Below, one piece after another: positions 9,176-19,702 of a stretch of DNA of 64,000 bases; the stretch's first letter is position 1, and each line of letters opens with the position of its first letter. The notes beneath the pieces are model-generated. The model was not told the origin of the DNA and searched no databases. It saw nothing but the letters and a program-made list of their open reading frames with translations. A program made the position numbers and the translations under genes. The DNA comes from an uncultured Syntrophobacterales bacterium (GTDB taxonomy: Bacteria; Desulfobacterota; Binatia; UBA9968; JAJDTQ01), in assembly GCA_964438895.1 (NCBI GenBank), contig CAYTMJ010000020.1, positions 30,408 through 94,407 on the forward strand. The letters run 5' to 3'.

Positions 9176-9378
9176 TTGACGGGAGCCATCAAAAAGATAC
9201 TCGACGACAATGGGTTCGGTTTCATCGAGCCGGATAATGGTAACGACGATGTTTTTTCCATCGCGGGAGTGGCGCCCTACGAATTCAGTTCGAGGATGTC
9301 GGTGAAGGCGACAGCGTGCAGTTTTAGATGCGCGCGGGTGACAAGGGGCCCGTGGCATTCGGAATGAAGCTCTGTTGA
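9176..9378 (+). pseudogene. cold-shock protein (CspA family) gene disrupted by a 1-nt frameshift and an in-frame TAG
   Basis: From TTG 9176 the frame reads MTGAIKKILDDNGFGFIEPDNGNDDVF. The rest of the domain (FHRGSGALRIQFEDVGEGDSVQF*MRAGDKGPVAFGMKLC) lies in the -1 frame after the T6 run at 9252-9257. TAG is at 9325-9327 and TGA at 9376-9378. The repaired length is 67 codons. Confidence 0.7.
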
Positions 9379-9450
9379 GGTCTCCTTCCTTGATCGCCTC
9401 CTTCGTGAGCTCAACTCAGGCAATGCCACTCGCCGCCAACAGAAAGAGGG

Positions 9451-10530
9451 ATGCGCATGACGCGCAATGATTCTTCGGGCGGTCCGGACGCCGAAGACGT
9501 TTCGGGATTGGCAGTGAAGCAGGCATTCCTGGCGCACCTCGGGAGCATCCGGGAGCGCTATCTACCGGACGTTGTGTTCTTGTTGGAGGATGTGGTCCGG
9601 GAGGCGCAACTGGGGGACTCGGGGTTGGCCGAAATGTGCCGTTATCATTTCCGAACAGGAGGCAAACGTCTTCGCGCGCTGTTGCCGCTTTTAGTGGCAG
9701 ATTGTCTGGGTGAGGATCCAGCTAGGATGCTTCCTATGGGCGCGGCGTGCGAAATGCTGCACAATGCGACACTGGTCCATGACGACGTGCAGGATGGCGA
9801 TGAGGCCCGCAGGGGCCACGAGACGGTGTGGCATCGGTTTGGCGTGGCCCGTGCCATTAACCTTGGTGACGCCATGTTCTATTTCACTCTGTTGCTGGTG
9901 CAGCGGATGTCGGTGGCCAGTGAACGGCGGGAGGTTTTGGCACGGCGCATACTCGTCGAGACACTGAAAGTCATCGACGGCCAGGAACAGGAGTTCGCTC
10001 TGCGAGCGAACGCCCAGCCTACACTTGCCCAATACTTTGACATGGTTGAAGCTAAGACTGCCCGATTCTTCGTGTTGGGGATGGCGGGTAGCGCGGAAAT
10101 GCTCGGTCGGGAGTTCAAGGTGGTCGAGGGGCTGACTGAAGGAGCACGCCAACTCGGTATATTGTTCCAGATTCAGGATGATGTGTTGGACCTGTACGGC
10201 GACAAGGGCCGTGATCAGCGCGGTAGCGACATTGCTGAGGGAAAGCGCAGCTTCCTGGCGGTTCATGCGCTGGAGAATGCGTTGCCGGAGGATGCACGAT
10301 GGCTGCTGGGGGTGCTGGACAAAGACCGGGCGGACACCTCGCCTACGGACGTGGACCGGGCCGCGGACTTATATGCTCGGCTCGGGTCACTACCGTTTGC
10401 AGTGAGAGAAATGCATGCCCGCAGACAAGCGGCCTTGACCGCCGTCGAGATGCTGGGGCAGCCGGGTTTATCCGCGATGATGGGGTGTATATTGGAAACC
10501 GTACTGGAGCCAATCCGGGAATTAGTCTGA
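9451..10530 (+). CDS. polyprenyl diphosphate synthase (trans-isoprenyl diphosphate synthase family)
   Basis: Carries both Asp-rich motifs, LVHDDVQDGD (FARM) and FQIQDDVLDLYGD (SARM). Product chain length cannot be assigned from sequence alone. Confidence 0.85.
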   Translation: MRMTRNDSSGGPDAEDVSGLAVKQAFLAHLGSIRERYLPDVVFLLEDVVREAQLGDSGLAEMCRYHFRTGGKRLRALLPLLVADCLGEDPARMLPMGAACEMLHNATLVHDDVQDGDEARRGHETVWHRFGVARAINLGDAMFYFTLLLVQRMSVASERREVLARRILVETLKVIDGQEQEFALRANAQPTLAQYFDMVEAKTARFFVLGMAGSAEMLGREFKVVEGLTEGARQLGILFQIQDDVLDLYGDKGRDQRGSDIAEGKRSFLAVHALENALPEDARWLLGVLDKDRADTSPTDVDRAADLYARLGSLPFAVREMHARRQAALTAVEMLGQPGLSAMMGCILETVLEPIRELV

Positions 10531-10639
10531 CCGCAAAGGGCCCTTGGCTGTACCTTGGTGCTGGCCAAAAGCGATTACCCCAGTGACCCCATTCGACGCA
10601 TGGCTGTGGTCGGTGCTACGTGAAGGAGCGTGATTTCAT

Positions 10640-12052
10640 ATGAAGATGTTTCTTGCTGGCGAATGGGTCGATCGACCCAGGATGCAAGAGGTTGGTAACC
10701 CGTATGATGATTCGGTGGTCGGCAGCGTGCCGAAGGCCGGGATCGACGACGTAGAGCGCGCACTTGCGTTCGCCGAACGCGGAGCTGCTGTCATGGCGCG
10801 AATGACGGCGTACGAACGATGGCGCGTCCTGACCCGGGCAGCCGCACTGCTGGCCGAGCAGGTAGACGAGCTCGGTACGCTAATTTCAAGCGAAGAGGGG
10901 AAGATCCTGGCTGAAGGAAAGGGCGAAGTGCGTCGGGCGGTTGAGACCATGACGGCTTCGGCTGAAGAAGCCAAGCGACTTCACGGCGAGACGGTACCGT
11001 TAGATGCGGACCCTTCGGGAGCGGCTAAGTTGGCCTTCACGCTGCGGGTTCCATGCGGGGTCGTGGCAGCTATTGGCCCGTTTAACTTCCCGCTCAACCT
11101 GCTCTGCCATAAGGTGGGCCCCGCCATAGCGGGAGGTAACTCGGTGATCATCAAGCCGGCTTCGGACACTCCGCTATCTGGGCTCAGGCTGACCGAGATT
11201 CTGCTGGAGGCCGGCGTTCCCCCGGAAGGCGTCCAGTGCCTGACCGGGTCGGGTGGCGAGATTGGGAATTCGCTGGTGTCGGATTCCCGGGTCCGGAAGA
11301 TTACCTTCACCGGCAGCCGCGAAGTGGGAGAGGACATTTGTCGGGTGGCAGGCATTAAGAAGGTGACCATGGAGTTGGGCTCTAACTGTCCCGTGATAGT
11401 GATGCCCGACGCGGACTTGGACAAGGTGGCCACCGCCGTAGCTGCGACCGGTTATGCAAATTCGGGACAGGTCTGTATCTCAACTCAACGGGTGCTGGCG
11501 GATCGACGGGTGTATGCGGATTTTCTGAATGCTTTGGCCCCAAAGGTGGAGGCCCTAGCAATCGGTAGCCAACTTGATATCGCTACCCAAATGGGGCCGA
11601 TGATAAAGGAGGCCGAGGCAGTTCGGGTCGAGCAGTGGGTGAACGAGGCTGTAGGTGAGGGGGCTCGGGTAGTGGCCGGGGGCCATCGCGAAGGCGCGGT
11701 CTACGCGCCTACGGTAGTGGCCGACGTTTCTCGCGGCATGAGGATTTCACGTGACGAACTTTTTGGCCCGGCCGTGGGGGTAATGTCGTTTGAGTCCATC
11801 GACGAGGCCATCGAATTGGCTAACGATACTGTGTACGGTCTTTCCGCCGGGATCTTCACCGAAAACATCGGCTGGGCTATGCGGTTCGCCCGCGAGGTCG
11901 AGTCTGGTAACCTCCATGTGAATTGGGGACCGCAGTGGCGTGCTGATTTGATGCCGTATGGTGGGCTTAAGGAATCTGGTTTTGGGAAGGAAGGCCCGCG
12001 GTATGCCATCGAGGAGATGACAGAGCTCAAGACCGTGGTGTTCCATCTATAG
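10640..12052 (+). CDS. NAD(P)-dependent aldehyde dehydrogenase family protein
   Basis: Contains FTGSREVG, ELGSNCP (catalytic Glu region) and GQVCIS (catalytic Cys). A typical ~470-aa ALDH; substrate unknown. Confidence 0.85.
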   Translation: MKMFLAGEWVDRPRMQEVGNPYDDSVVGSVPKAGIDDVERALAFAERGAAVMARMTAYERWRVLTRAAALLAEQVDELGTLISSEEGKILAEGKGEVRRAVETMTASAEEAKRLHGETVPLDADPSGAAKLAFTLRVPCGVVAAIGPFNFPLNLLCHKVGPAIAGGNSVIIKPASDTPLSGLRLTEILLEAGVPPEGVQCLTGSGGEIGNSLVSDSRVRKITFTGSREVGEDICRVAGIKKVTMELGSNCPVIVMPDADLDKVATAVAATGYANSGQVCISTQRVLADRRVYADFLNALAPKVEALAIGSQLDIATQMGPMIKEAEAVRVEQWVNEAVGEGARVVAGGHREGAVYAPTVVADVSRGMRISRDELFGPAVGVMSFESIDEAIELANDTVYGLSAGIFTENIGWAMRFAREVESGNLHVNWGPQWRADLMPYGGLKESGFGKEGPRYAIEEMTELKTVVFHL

Positions 12053-12111
12053 TGGCGAATGCCGAGCGCAGGCGCGCTACGGGCGTTCGGTGCAAGGAGG
12101 TTGAAACAAGT

Positions 12112-12840
12112 ATGCGCGCAAATGGGCGCGGTGATAAGGACCTGCGCCCCCTCGATATCACCCCTGGTTTTATCAAGCACGCCGATGGCTCGGCTTTGAT
12201 CGAGGTGGGCGAGACCCGGGTCATTTGCACGGCTAAGATCGAAGATCGGGTCCCGCCTTTTCTGCGTAAATCAGGAAAGGGGTGGATCACGGCGGAGTAT
12301 GGAATGTTGCCCTCTTCGTCCCCTACGCGAATCCCCAGGGAGGCCTCCCGCGGGAAGGTAGGGGGTCGGACCCATGAGATTCAACGGCTGATCGGGCGCA
12401 GCCTCCGGTCAGTGGCGGATCTTGAGTGCTTGGGCGAACGGACGGTTTGGCTCGACTGCGACGTTATTCAGGCGGACGGCGGCACCCGGACCGCTTCCAT
12501 CACCGGTGCCTACGTGGCGCTCGTTTGTGCCTCGCAGAGGTGGGTGGCCGACAGGGTCGTGCCTGAAGGCCTGCTCAAGGACAGCGTAGCTGCTGTGAGC
12601 GTTGGGTTGGTGGAAGGACAGGCGGTGCTGGACTTGGACGCTAGTGAGGACAACAATGCCGAGGTGGACATGAACTTTGTGATGACCGGATCGGAGCAGT
12701 TTGTGGAGGTACAGGGAACAGCTGAGAAGGAACCTTTCGACGCACGGCAACTTGAGCAGTTGATCGATTTGGCACGGGGTGGTATCCGGCGCATTCTAGG
12801 GGTCCAACAAAGGGTCCTTCGGGACTGGGGGCAGCTGTGA
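12112..12840 (+). CDS. rph: ribonuclease PH
   Basis: Contains RPLDITPGFIKHADGSALIEVGETRVICTA and CDVIQADGGTRTASITGA. The start is ATG 12112, preceded by AAGGAGG at 12094-12100. Confidence 0.92.
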   Translation: MRANGRGDKDLRPLDITPGFIKHADGSALIEVGETRVICTAKIEDRVPPFLRKSGKGWITAEYGMLPSSSPTRIPREASRGKVGGRTHEIQRLIGRSLRSVADLECLGERTVWLDCDVIQADGGTRTASITGAYVALVCASQRWVADRVVPEGLLKDSVAAVSVGLVEGQAVLDLDASEDNNAEVDMNFVMTGSEQFVEVQGTAEKEPFDARQLEQLIDLARGGIRRILGVQQRVLRDWGQL

Positions 12841-12868
12841 GAAAGTCTTGGTGGAAGGCACGCTAGTC

Positions 12869-12896
12869 TTGATATCGACGGCACATCAGGTAAAAT
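12869..12896 (+). promoter_or_regulatory. candidate sigma70 promoter of the tRNA Pro-Arg-His-Lys(-Leu) cluster
   Basis: TTGATA 12869-12874, a 16-nt spacer, then TAAAAT 12891-12896. The element ends 13 nt upstream of tRNA-Pro. Confidence 0.45.
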
Positions 12897-12906
12897 GCAG
12901 GTTCCG

Positions 12907-12986
<80 letters not shown>

Positions 12987-13083
12987 CCATGCCATGGCCC
13001 GTGGAAGACGGGTCATGGGCGACGTTTTGCGAGAGAGCAGAGATGCCGCCATTGTGGAATGGACTCTGAGGAAACGGTTCGAC

Positions 13084-13160
<77 letters not shown>

Positions 13161-13193
13161 GAAACGGGCGCTTGTTTATGTGTACAGGTGTTC

Positions 13194-13271
13194 TGGTGAG
13201 TGTAGCTCAATTGGTTAGAGCACTGGACTGTGGCTCCAGGGGTTGAGGGTTCAAGTCCCTTCACTCACCCC
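13194..13271 (+). tRNA. tRNA-His(GTG)
   Basis: An extra G-1 is opposite C73. Acceptor GTGAGTG/CACTCAC, anticodon loop CTGTGGC. CCA is encoded. Confidence 0.9.
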
Positions 13272-13287
13272 AAACAAGAAGGTTATG

Positions 13288-13361
<74 letters not shown>

Positions 13362-13501
13362 CTTCCTCCCCGCCTTCAATGGTCACGCGGCGTCCAGCCT
13401 CTTGAGGCAACTTGTCGCACTATCGGTGTCATCTTGACTTGCGGTTTACCTGGTTGCTACAGCACACGAGAAACCATTCCTGTGTAGCAGGAAACTGGCA
13501 T

Positions 13502-13584
13502 GCGAGAGTGGCGGAACTGGTAGACGCACTAGACTTAGGATCTAGCGGGCAACCGTGGGGGTTCGAGTCCCCCCTCTCGCACCA
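13502..13584 (+). tRNA. tRNA-Leu(TAG)
   Basis: Acceptor GCGAGAG/CTCTCGC, anticodon loop CTTAGGA, long variable arm CGGGCAACCGTG. CCA is encoded. Confidence 0.9.
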
Positions 13585-13704
13585 CGACAGGGGCAGTGGG
13601 AGAAGCATGGTGGGCTGGCGCTCCGTGCGGGACGGAGATCGCAAACGGGTTCAACTGATGCGTGTGTAATTTGACTGGAACTGAACACAAGGGGCAGGAG
13701 AGGG

Positions 13705-15000
13705 ATGAAGTGTGAAGTTGAAGTGTTGACGCCGACACAGAGGCGGCTCCGGGTGGAAATCCCGGTCGATCGAGTTGGTGAAGCGTTTGCTCGAATCTAC
13801 CGACAAGTGGGACGTCAAGCGAAGGTTCGCGGTTTTCGCTCGGGCAAGATCCCGCAGCACATGTTGCGTGGTCTTTACGGAACCGAGGTCCACGCCCAGG
13901 CTCTGTCTGAACTGGTAGAAGAGTCGCTTACTGTCGCCGTACAAGAAGAGGGACTGGAGCCCGTGGCCGAGCCGCGGCTAGAGACGGGCGAGTTGGACGA
14001 GGCGCAGCCGTTCGCGTTCACCGCTGTCATTGAGGTGAAACCGGAGATCGAGCTACGGAATTATCGTGCCGTGCCTGTTGAGCGCGTACGAGCAGGCGTG
14101 GGCGATGAGGACATAGAGCGCGCATTGAAGCAGCTCCAAGAAAGGAACGCGCAGCTCGAACCAGTGGAAGGGCGCGAGCGGGTTGAGGACGGCGACTACG
14201 TGTTCATTGATTTCTCCGGGGCGGTGGACGGCCAGCCCTTCCCGGGCAGCAAGGCCGAAAACTATCCAGTGGATATCGGGGGGGGCAAGGCCATGCCGGA
14301 GTTTGAGCGCGGCCTGATCGGGTTGGAGCGGGAAGTACCCCGCACCATCGACGTGACATTTCCCGCGGAGCTCCAGGACGACCGGTTGGCCGGAAAGACC
14401 GCCGACTTCGAGGTGACAGTCAAGGATATTCGAAACAAGATTCTACCGCCTTTAGACGACGAGTTCGCGCGGGATTACGGGGAGTGCGATTCGTTGGAGG
14501 AGTTGCGTAAAAGGGTGCGCTCGGAGCTGATGAAGGAAATCGAAGCATTTCAGGACCGCCAATTGAAGGATGAAATTGTAGGGCGCCTCATGGAAGAACA
14601 CGCCTTCGAGGTCGCTCCATCTATGGTCGATCGGGAACTGTCGTATCTTCTGCGGCGTGGTGTGGGGTCGCCGGAAACGTCCGAGCCTGATGCTCAGGAG
14701 CCGACTACAGACGAGTTAAGGGAAGAGCTGAAGCCGCAAGCAGAACGCCGCGTTAAGATGATGCTATTGATCGAAAGGATCGCTGCGGCGGAAGGTATCA
14801 TTGCTTCCGATGAGGAGGTGGAAGACCGCCTTGAGGTTCTGGCACAGGCCAGCGGGGGGCAAGCGGCGGAGGTGCGCCGACAGTACGGCCAAGATTGGGC
14901 GCGGTCGACATTACGGGCGCAGCTTGTGTCGGAGAAGACGCTCGATTTCCTTTTGAAGGAGGCGGAGATCACGATGGTGGATCCTCCGGAGAAAGGTTGA
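13705..15000 (+). CDS. tig: trigger factor
   Basis: A 431-aa ORF with the trigger-factor layout: N-terminal ribosome-binding region, an FKBP-type PPIase-like middle (DYVFIDFSGAVDGQPFPG) and an acidic C-terminal domain. It sits immediately upstream of clpP-clpX-lon, as in many bacteria. Confidence 0.9.
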   Translation: MKCEVEVLTPTQRRLRVEIPVDRVGEAFARIYRQVGRQAKVRGFRSGKIPQHMLRGLYGTEVHAQALSELVEESLTVAVQEEGLEPVAEPRLETGELDEAQPFAFTAVIEVKPEIELRNYRAVPVERVRAGVGDEDIERALKQLQERNAQLEPVEGRERVEDGDYVFIDFSGAVDGQPFPGSKAENYPVDIGGGKAMPEFERGLIGLEREVPRTIDVTFPAELQDDRLAGKTADFEVTVKDIRNKILPPLDDEFARDYGECDSLEELRKRVRSELMKEIEAFQDRQLKDEIVGRLMEEHAFEVAPSMVDRELSYLLRRGVGSPETSEPDAQEPTTDELREELKPQAERRVKMMLLIERIAAAEGIIASDEEVEDRLEVLAQASGGQAAEVRRQYGQDWARSTLRAQLVSEKTLDFLLKEAEITMVDPPEKG

Positions 15001-15091
15001 TGGCGGCGGGAAAAGAGGATAGACTTTCTCAGGGTCGTCGGCTCGGGCGGCCGGAGGGAAGGTCGGGACGCACTACTCGCATCGAGACAAC

Positions 15092-15694
15092 ATGAACTTC
15101 ATTCCTTTTGTCGTAGAGCAGACCGGTCGCGGGGAACGCGCCTATGACATTTATTCGCGGCTCCTCAAGGATCGAATCGTTTTCCTGGGCAGTGCCGTCG
15201 TAGACGAGGTGGCCAATCTCATTACCGCACAGTTGCTGTTTTTAGAGTCGGAAGATCCGGAGCGGGACATTTACTTCTACATCAACTCTCCCGGTGGGTC
15301 CGTGACCGCCGGCCTGGCCATTTACGATACCATCCAGTACATTCGCCCGCAGGTTTCCACGGTTTGTTTGGGTCAGGCAGCTAGCATGGGCGCAGTCCTA
15401 CTTGCCGCCGGCGAAAAGGGTAAGCGCTATGCATTGCCTCACTCACGTATCATGATTCATCAGCCCCTTGGGGGGTTTCAGGGGACCGCAGCTGACGTCG
15501 ACATCCAGGCGCGGGAGATACTACGAATGCGGGAGGAACTGGGCGCTATTCTTGTTAAGCATACAGGACAGTCTGTGGAGCGGGTTGAGCGGGACACGGA
15601 CCGGGATTTGTTCATGACCGGGCAACAGGCCCTGGAGTATGGGTTGGTGGATGAAGTGATCGCCAGCCGCCTTGACGTTACCACAAAGGTGTGA
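15092..15694 (+). CDS. clpP: ATP-dependent Clp protease proteolytic subunit
   Basis: Contains [14 protein letters not shown] (catalytic Ser) and [10 protein letters not shown] (catalytic His). Confidence 0.95.
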   Translation: MNFIPFVVEQTGRGERAYDIYSRLLKDRIVFLGSAVVDEVANLITAQLLFLESEDPERDIYFYINSPGGSVTAGLAIYDTIQYIRPQVSTVCLGQAASMGAVLLAAGEKGKRYALPHSRIMIHQPLGGFQGTAADVDIQAREILRMREELGAILVKHTGQSVERVERDTDRDLFMTGQQALEYGLVDEVIASRLDVTTKV

Positions 15695-15705
15695 GGGGGA
15701 GTTCG

Positions 15706-16959
15706 ATGTCGAAGCATGGGGATGATCGATCTGGCAGTCTTGTCTGTTCCTTCTGCGGCAAGAGTCAGGACGAGGTGCGAAAGCTCATCGCAGGCCCTAC
15801 TGTCTACATCTGTGACGAGTGCATCGATTTGTGCAACGATATCATTGCGGAGGAATGCGAACACGAGGCATCAATTGCCTCGTCGTCCGGCGTTCCGAAG
15901 CCTGTCGAGATCAAACGCGTTTTGGACCAGTACGTGGTGGGCCAGGACCCCGCAAAGAAGATCCTTGCTGTAGCCGTTCACAACCACTACAAGAGGATCG
16001 ATAACCAAATTCTGACCGGGGACGTGGAGCTTCAGAAGAGCAATATCTTGCTGTTGGGCCCCACGGGTTCGGGCAAGACCCTATTGGCGCAGACCCTGGC
16101 TCGGCTGCTACAGGTTCCCTTCACGATTGCAGATGCCACCAGCCTTACTGAAGCGGGGTATGTTGGGGAAGATGTTGAAAACATCATTCTTAACCTTCTG
16201 CAGGCCGCGGATTACGACGTGGAGAAGGCACAGCGAGGCATCGTTTATATCGATGAGATAGATAAGATCTCGAGGAAGTCCGAGAACCCGTCCATTACCA
16301 GGGATGTATCGGGGGAAGGGGTGCAACAGGCGTTGCTAAAGATCATTGAGGGGACTATGGCGAGCGTTCCCCCCAAGGGTGGTCGCAAGCACCCCCAGCA
16401 GGAGTTTCTGCAGGTCGATACTACCAATATCTTGTTCATCTGCGGGGGCGCGTTCGTTGGCATCGAGGATATCATTCGAAAGCGCACTGGCCGCAGGAGG
16501 CTCGGATTTGGCAGCAGCGAGACAGATGTCGAACTCCGCCCCGACGCCAGGGTTGTGCACGATGTGCAACCTGAGGATCTTCTAAAGTTCGGCCTTATAC
16601 CGGAGTTCGTGGGCCGGTTGCCGGTCATCGCTACGTTGGATGAGCTCAATGAAGAGGCGCTGGTCCAGATCCTGAAGGAACCGAAGAATGCCCTCACCAA
16701 GCAATATTGTAAGCTCTTTGAGATGGAAGCAGTGCATCTCAACTTTACAGATGAGGCGCTTTGGGCTATTGCACGGGAAGCGATGAAGCGGAAGTCCGGT
16801 GCCCGGGGGTTGAGGGCGATCATGGAAAACACCATGCTCGATATTATGTACGAGATGCCTTCCGAGCCCAATATTAAAGAGGTGGTGATCACTGAAGAGG
16901 TGATGACTCACAACGAACCTCCCATGGTTGTGTATTCCAAGGCGGCGGAGAGCGCGTAA
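15706..16959 (+). CDS. clpX: ATP-dependent Clp protease ATP-binding subunit ClpX
   Basis: N-terminal zinc finger CSFCGK...CDECIDLC and Walker [16 protein letters not shown]. The start is ATG 15706 (MSKHGDD), preceded by GAGGGGGA. Confidence 0.95.
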   Translation: MSKHGDDRSGSLVCSFCGKSQDEVRKLIAGPTVYICDECIDLCNDIIAEECEHEASIASSSGVPKPVEIKRVLDQYVVGQDPAKKILAVAVHNHYKRIDNQILTGDVELQKSNILLLGPTGSGKTLLAQTLARLLQVPFTIADATSLTEAGYVGEDVENIILNLLQAADYDVEKAQRGIVYIDEIDKISRKSENPSITRDVSGEGVQQALLKIIEGTMASVPPKGGRKHPQQEFLQVDTTNILFICGGAFVGIEDIIRKRTGRRRLGFGSSETDVELRPDARVVHDVQPEDLLKFGLIPEFVGRLPVIATLDELNEEALVQILKEPKNALTKQYCKLFEMEAVHLNFTDEALWAIAREAMKRKSGARGLRAIMENTMLDIMYEMPSEPNIKEVVITEEVMTHNEPPMVVYSKAAESA

Positions 16960-16971
16960 GAGGGGTGACTG

Positions 16972-19434
16972 ATGCTATTTCGCACTGACAAGAAGGATGA
17001 CAGCGGGTCGGAAGCCGACAACACGGTGCAAGTGCCGTTATTGCCGCTCCGGGATATCATCGTATTTCCGCACATGGTTGTTCCGTTGTTCGTAGGGCGA
17101 CAGAAATCGATCCGCGCCCTGGAGGAGGCCTCGCGCAATCAGACTGCGATTTTTCTGGCGTCACAGAAGGACGCTAGAACCAACGAACCGGGCGAGGACG
17201 ACATCTTTCCTATCGGGACGCTCGGTAGTGTGGTGCAGATGCTGAAGTTGCCAGATGGGACCGTTAAGGTGCTGGTGGAAGGCAAACAGCGCGGTAAGAT
17301 TGCACGGTATGTTGCCCACCCAGAGTTTTTCCTTGTTGACGTGGAGGAACTAGAGGATGTAGCGGAGCAGGGCACGGAGGCGAGTGCGATGGTTCGCGAG
17401 GTCCACAGCACCTTCGAGAACTACGTCAAGGTCAAGAAGAAGATTCCCCCTGAAGTAGCTATGTCAGGATCCTCCATCGACGATCCTGGTAAGCTCGCTG
17501 ATACTATTATCGGCCATTTGGGTGTCAAGTTGGAAGAAAGGCAGGTTCTCCTCGAAACTATCAATGCCACTGAACGGCTTGAGAAGGTGCTTGGGCACAT
17601 GCGGGCGGAGATCGAGATCTTGGAGGTGGAGCGGCGAATTCGTTCGCGTGTCAAGAAACAGATGGAGCGCTCCCAGAAAGAATATTACCTGAACGAACAG
17701 ATGCGCGCCATACAGAAAGAGCTCGGTGAGAAGGACGAGTTCAAGAACGAAATGCAAGAGATCGAGGAGAAGATCAAACAGAAGAAACTATCCGCTGAAG
17801 CTAAGGACAAGGTGGAGAAGGAACTTAAGAAGCTGAAGATGATGTCGCCCATGTCGGCCGAAGCGACGGTGGTGAGGAACTACATCGATTGGATTCTCGC
17901 CCTGCCATGGAACGAGTACACTGACGATAGGCTCGACATCGGTGATGCGGAGAAGGTCCTGGAAGAGGATCATTATGGTTTGGGTAAGGTGAAGGAGAGG
18001 ATCCTCGAGTACCTTGCTGTGCAAAGCCTTGTAGGCAAGATCAAGGGGCCAATTCTGTGTCTGGTGGGGCCACCGGGTGTTGGCAAGACTTCCCTCGGGC
18101 GCTCCATAGCACGCGCTACGGGGCGGGAATTTGTTCGCGTGTCCCTCGGTGGGGTGCGGGACGAGGCAGAGATCCGCGGGCACCGGCGTACCTACATTGG
18201 AGCGTTGCCGGGCAAGATCGTTCAGTCCCTGAAGAAGGCTGGGTCCAATAATCCAGTTTTCCTTATGGATGAGGTGGACAAGATGGCGATGGACTTCCGT
18301 GGTGACCCGTCGTCGGCTCTTCTAGAAGTGCTGGATCCGGAACAGAATCAAGCCTTCAACGACCACTACCTGGACCTCGATTACGATCTCTCTAAGGTGA
18401 TGTTCATCACCACTGCTAACACCCTGGATGGCATACCCCGGCCGTTGCAGGACCGGATGGAGATCATTCGAATCGCGGGCTACACAGAACTGGAAAAGCT
18501 TAATATTGCGAAGAAGTACCTGGTGATGAAGCAGCGAGAGGCGAACGGTTTGAAGGAGGACAGCATCCTCCTATCCGACAACGCCATCCTCGGGTTGGTA
18601 CGACACTACACCAAGGAGGCGGGCGTCCGAAACCTGGAACGGGAAATTGCTTCCATTTTTCGCAAGGTCGCTGTTGATGTGGTGAAAAACGATCGGAAGT
18701 CGAAAACGGCGGTAGGTGGCCGGAACCTCACGAAGTATCTGGGGCCTGCCAAGTTCCGTTACGGTCTCGCCGAGGAGGAACATAGGATCGGTGCTACAAC
18801 CGGGTTGGCATGGACCGAGTTGGGCGGCGAACTTTTGTCTACTGAGGTATCCATCTTGCCGGGCAAGGGCAAGCTTACCATCACGGGCAAGCTTGGGGAT
18901 GTAATGCAGGAGTCGGCCCAAGCGGCGATGAGTTATGTGCGTTCGCGGGCGGACGATCTGGGGCTGGACAAGGACTTCTACCAAAACAACGATGTGCACA
19001 TCCACGTGCCGGAGGGGGCGATTCCCAAAGATGGGCCGTCCGCCGGCATTACTATGGCAACATCGCTGGTGTCGGCGTTGACCCGGATTCCCGTATTCCA
19101 CGATGTAGCTATGACTGGCGAGATCACGTTGCGGGGCAACGTGTTGCCTATCGGAGGCCTAAAGGAAAAGGTACTCGCGGCACACCGTGGTGGGATCAAG
19201 ACCATTCTGATTCCGGAAGAGAACAAGAAGGACATCAACGAGATTCCTGCAACTGTGCTGAAGGGCGTGGAGTTGATTTCGGTCGCACACATGGATGACG
19301 TTCTTAGGCGTGCTCTTGTGGTAAGCGACCCGGAAGCACTTTTTGCGCGCCGAGAGTTGGACGAATCGTCGGCCGAAGCACCCACGGGCTTTCAGAAGAA
19401 AGACGCCGAGTCGAGACCCAGTCTCCCTCAGTAA
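16972..19434 (+). CDS. lon: Lon protease (LonA)
   Basis: N-terminal LON domain, Walker [16 protein letters not shown] and catalytic serine motif [14 protein letters not shown]. Confidence 0.95.
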   Translation: MLFRTDKKDDSGSEADNTVQVPLLPLRDIIVFPHMVVPLFVGRQKSIRALEEASRNQTAIFLASQKDARTNEPGEDDIFPIGTLGSVVQMLKLPDGTVKVLVEGKQRGKIARYVAHPEFFLVDVEELEDVAEQGTEASAMVREVHSTFENYVKVKKKIPPEVAMSGSSIDDPGKLADTIIGHLGVKLEERQVLLETINATERLEKVLGHMRAEIEILEVERRIRSRVKKQMERSQKEYYLNEQMRAIQKELGEKDEFKNEMQEIEEKIKQKKLSAEAKDKVEKELKKLKMMSPMSAEATVVRNYIDWILALPWNEYTDDRLDIGDAEKVLEEDHYGLGKVKERILEYLAVQSLVGKIKGPILCLVGPPGVGKTSLGRSIARATGREFVRVSLGGVRDEAEIRGHRRTYIGALPGKIVQSLKKAGSNNPVFLMDEVDKMAMDFRGDPSSALLEVLDPEQNQAFNDHYLDLDYDLSKVMFITTANTLDGIPRPLQDRMEIIRIAGYTELEKLNIAKKYLVMKQREANGLKEDSILLSDNAILGLVRHYTKEAGVRNLEREIASIFRKVAVDVVKNDRKSKTAVGGRNLTKYLGPAKFRYGLAEEEHRIGATTGLAWTELGGELLSTEVSILPGKGKLTITGKLGDVMQESAQAAMSYVRSRADDLGLDKDFYQNNDVHIHVPEGAIPKDGPSAGITMATSLVSALTRIPVFHDVAMTGEITLRGNVLPIGGLKEKVLAAHRGGIKTILIPEENKKDINEIPATVLKGVELISVAHMDDVLRRALVVSDPEALFARRELDESSAEAPTGFQKKDAESRPSLPQ

Positions 19435-19440
19435 GTCTCC

Positions 19441-19513
19441 GGGCGGTTAGCTCAGTTGGGAGAGCATCGGCCTTACAAGCCGGGGGTCACAGGTTCAAGT
19501 CCTGTACCGCCCA
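19441..19513 (+). tRNA. tRNA-Val(TAC)
   Basis: Acceptor GGGCGGT/ACCGCCC, anticodon stem TCGGC/GCCGG, loop CTTACAA. CCA is not encoded. Confidence 0.9.
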
Positions 19514-19569
19514 TTCTTCTGTAGAGGGATTGCGTACCGGGAGGGGATTCATTTTAAGAGGTACCGGGG

Positions 19570-19598
19570 TTGCAATCTTTACTGATACACGTTATACG
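19570..19598 (+). promoter_or_regulatory. candidate sigma70 promoter upstream of tRNA-Asp, rplM and rpsI
   Basis: TTGCAA 19570-19575, a 17-nt spacer, then TATACG 19593-19598. The element ends 14 nt before tRNA-Asp. Confidence 0.35.
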
Positions 19599-19612
19599 TC
19601 TGGATCTTATTC

Positions 19613-19689
19613 GGGGCCGTAGTTCAGCTGGTTAGAACGCCGGCCTGTCACGCCGGAGGTCGCGAGTTCGAGTCTCGTCGGCCCCGCCA
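19613..19689 (+). tRNA. tRNA-Asp(GTC)
   Basis: Acceptor GGGGCCG/CGGCCCC, anticodon stem CCGGC/GCCGG, loop CTGTCAC. CCA is encoded. Confidence 0.9.
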
Positions 19690-19702
19690 GAAACATTGCG
19701 AG

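Noticed and set aside
9245-9330. Programmed -1 frameshifting or transcriptional slippage on GTTTTTTC as a recoding mechanism for the csp gene.
   Set aside because: A -1 slip would restore DVFFH. However, the downstream frame still contains TAG 9325-9327, the T6 run is short for slippage, and no stimulatory structure is evident. A pseudogene is the more economical explanation.
9071-9367. The 98-aa ORF taken at face value as an intact protein-coding gene.
   Set aside because: Only residues 36-62 resemble anything (the N-terminal half of a cold-shock domain). The remainder of the domain is in the -1 frame. The ORF's own N- and C-terminal parts have no coding signature, so I treat it as a disrupted csp gene.
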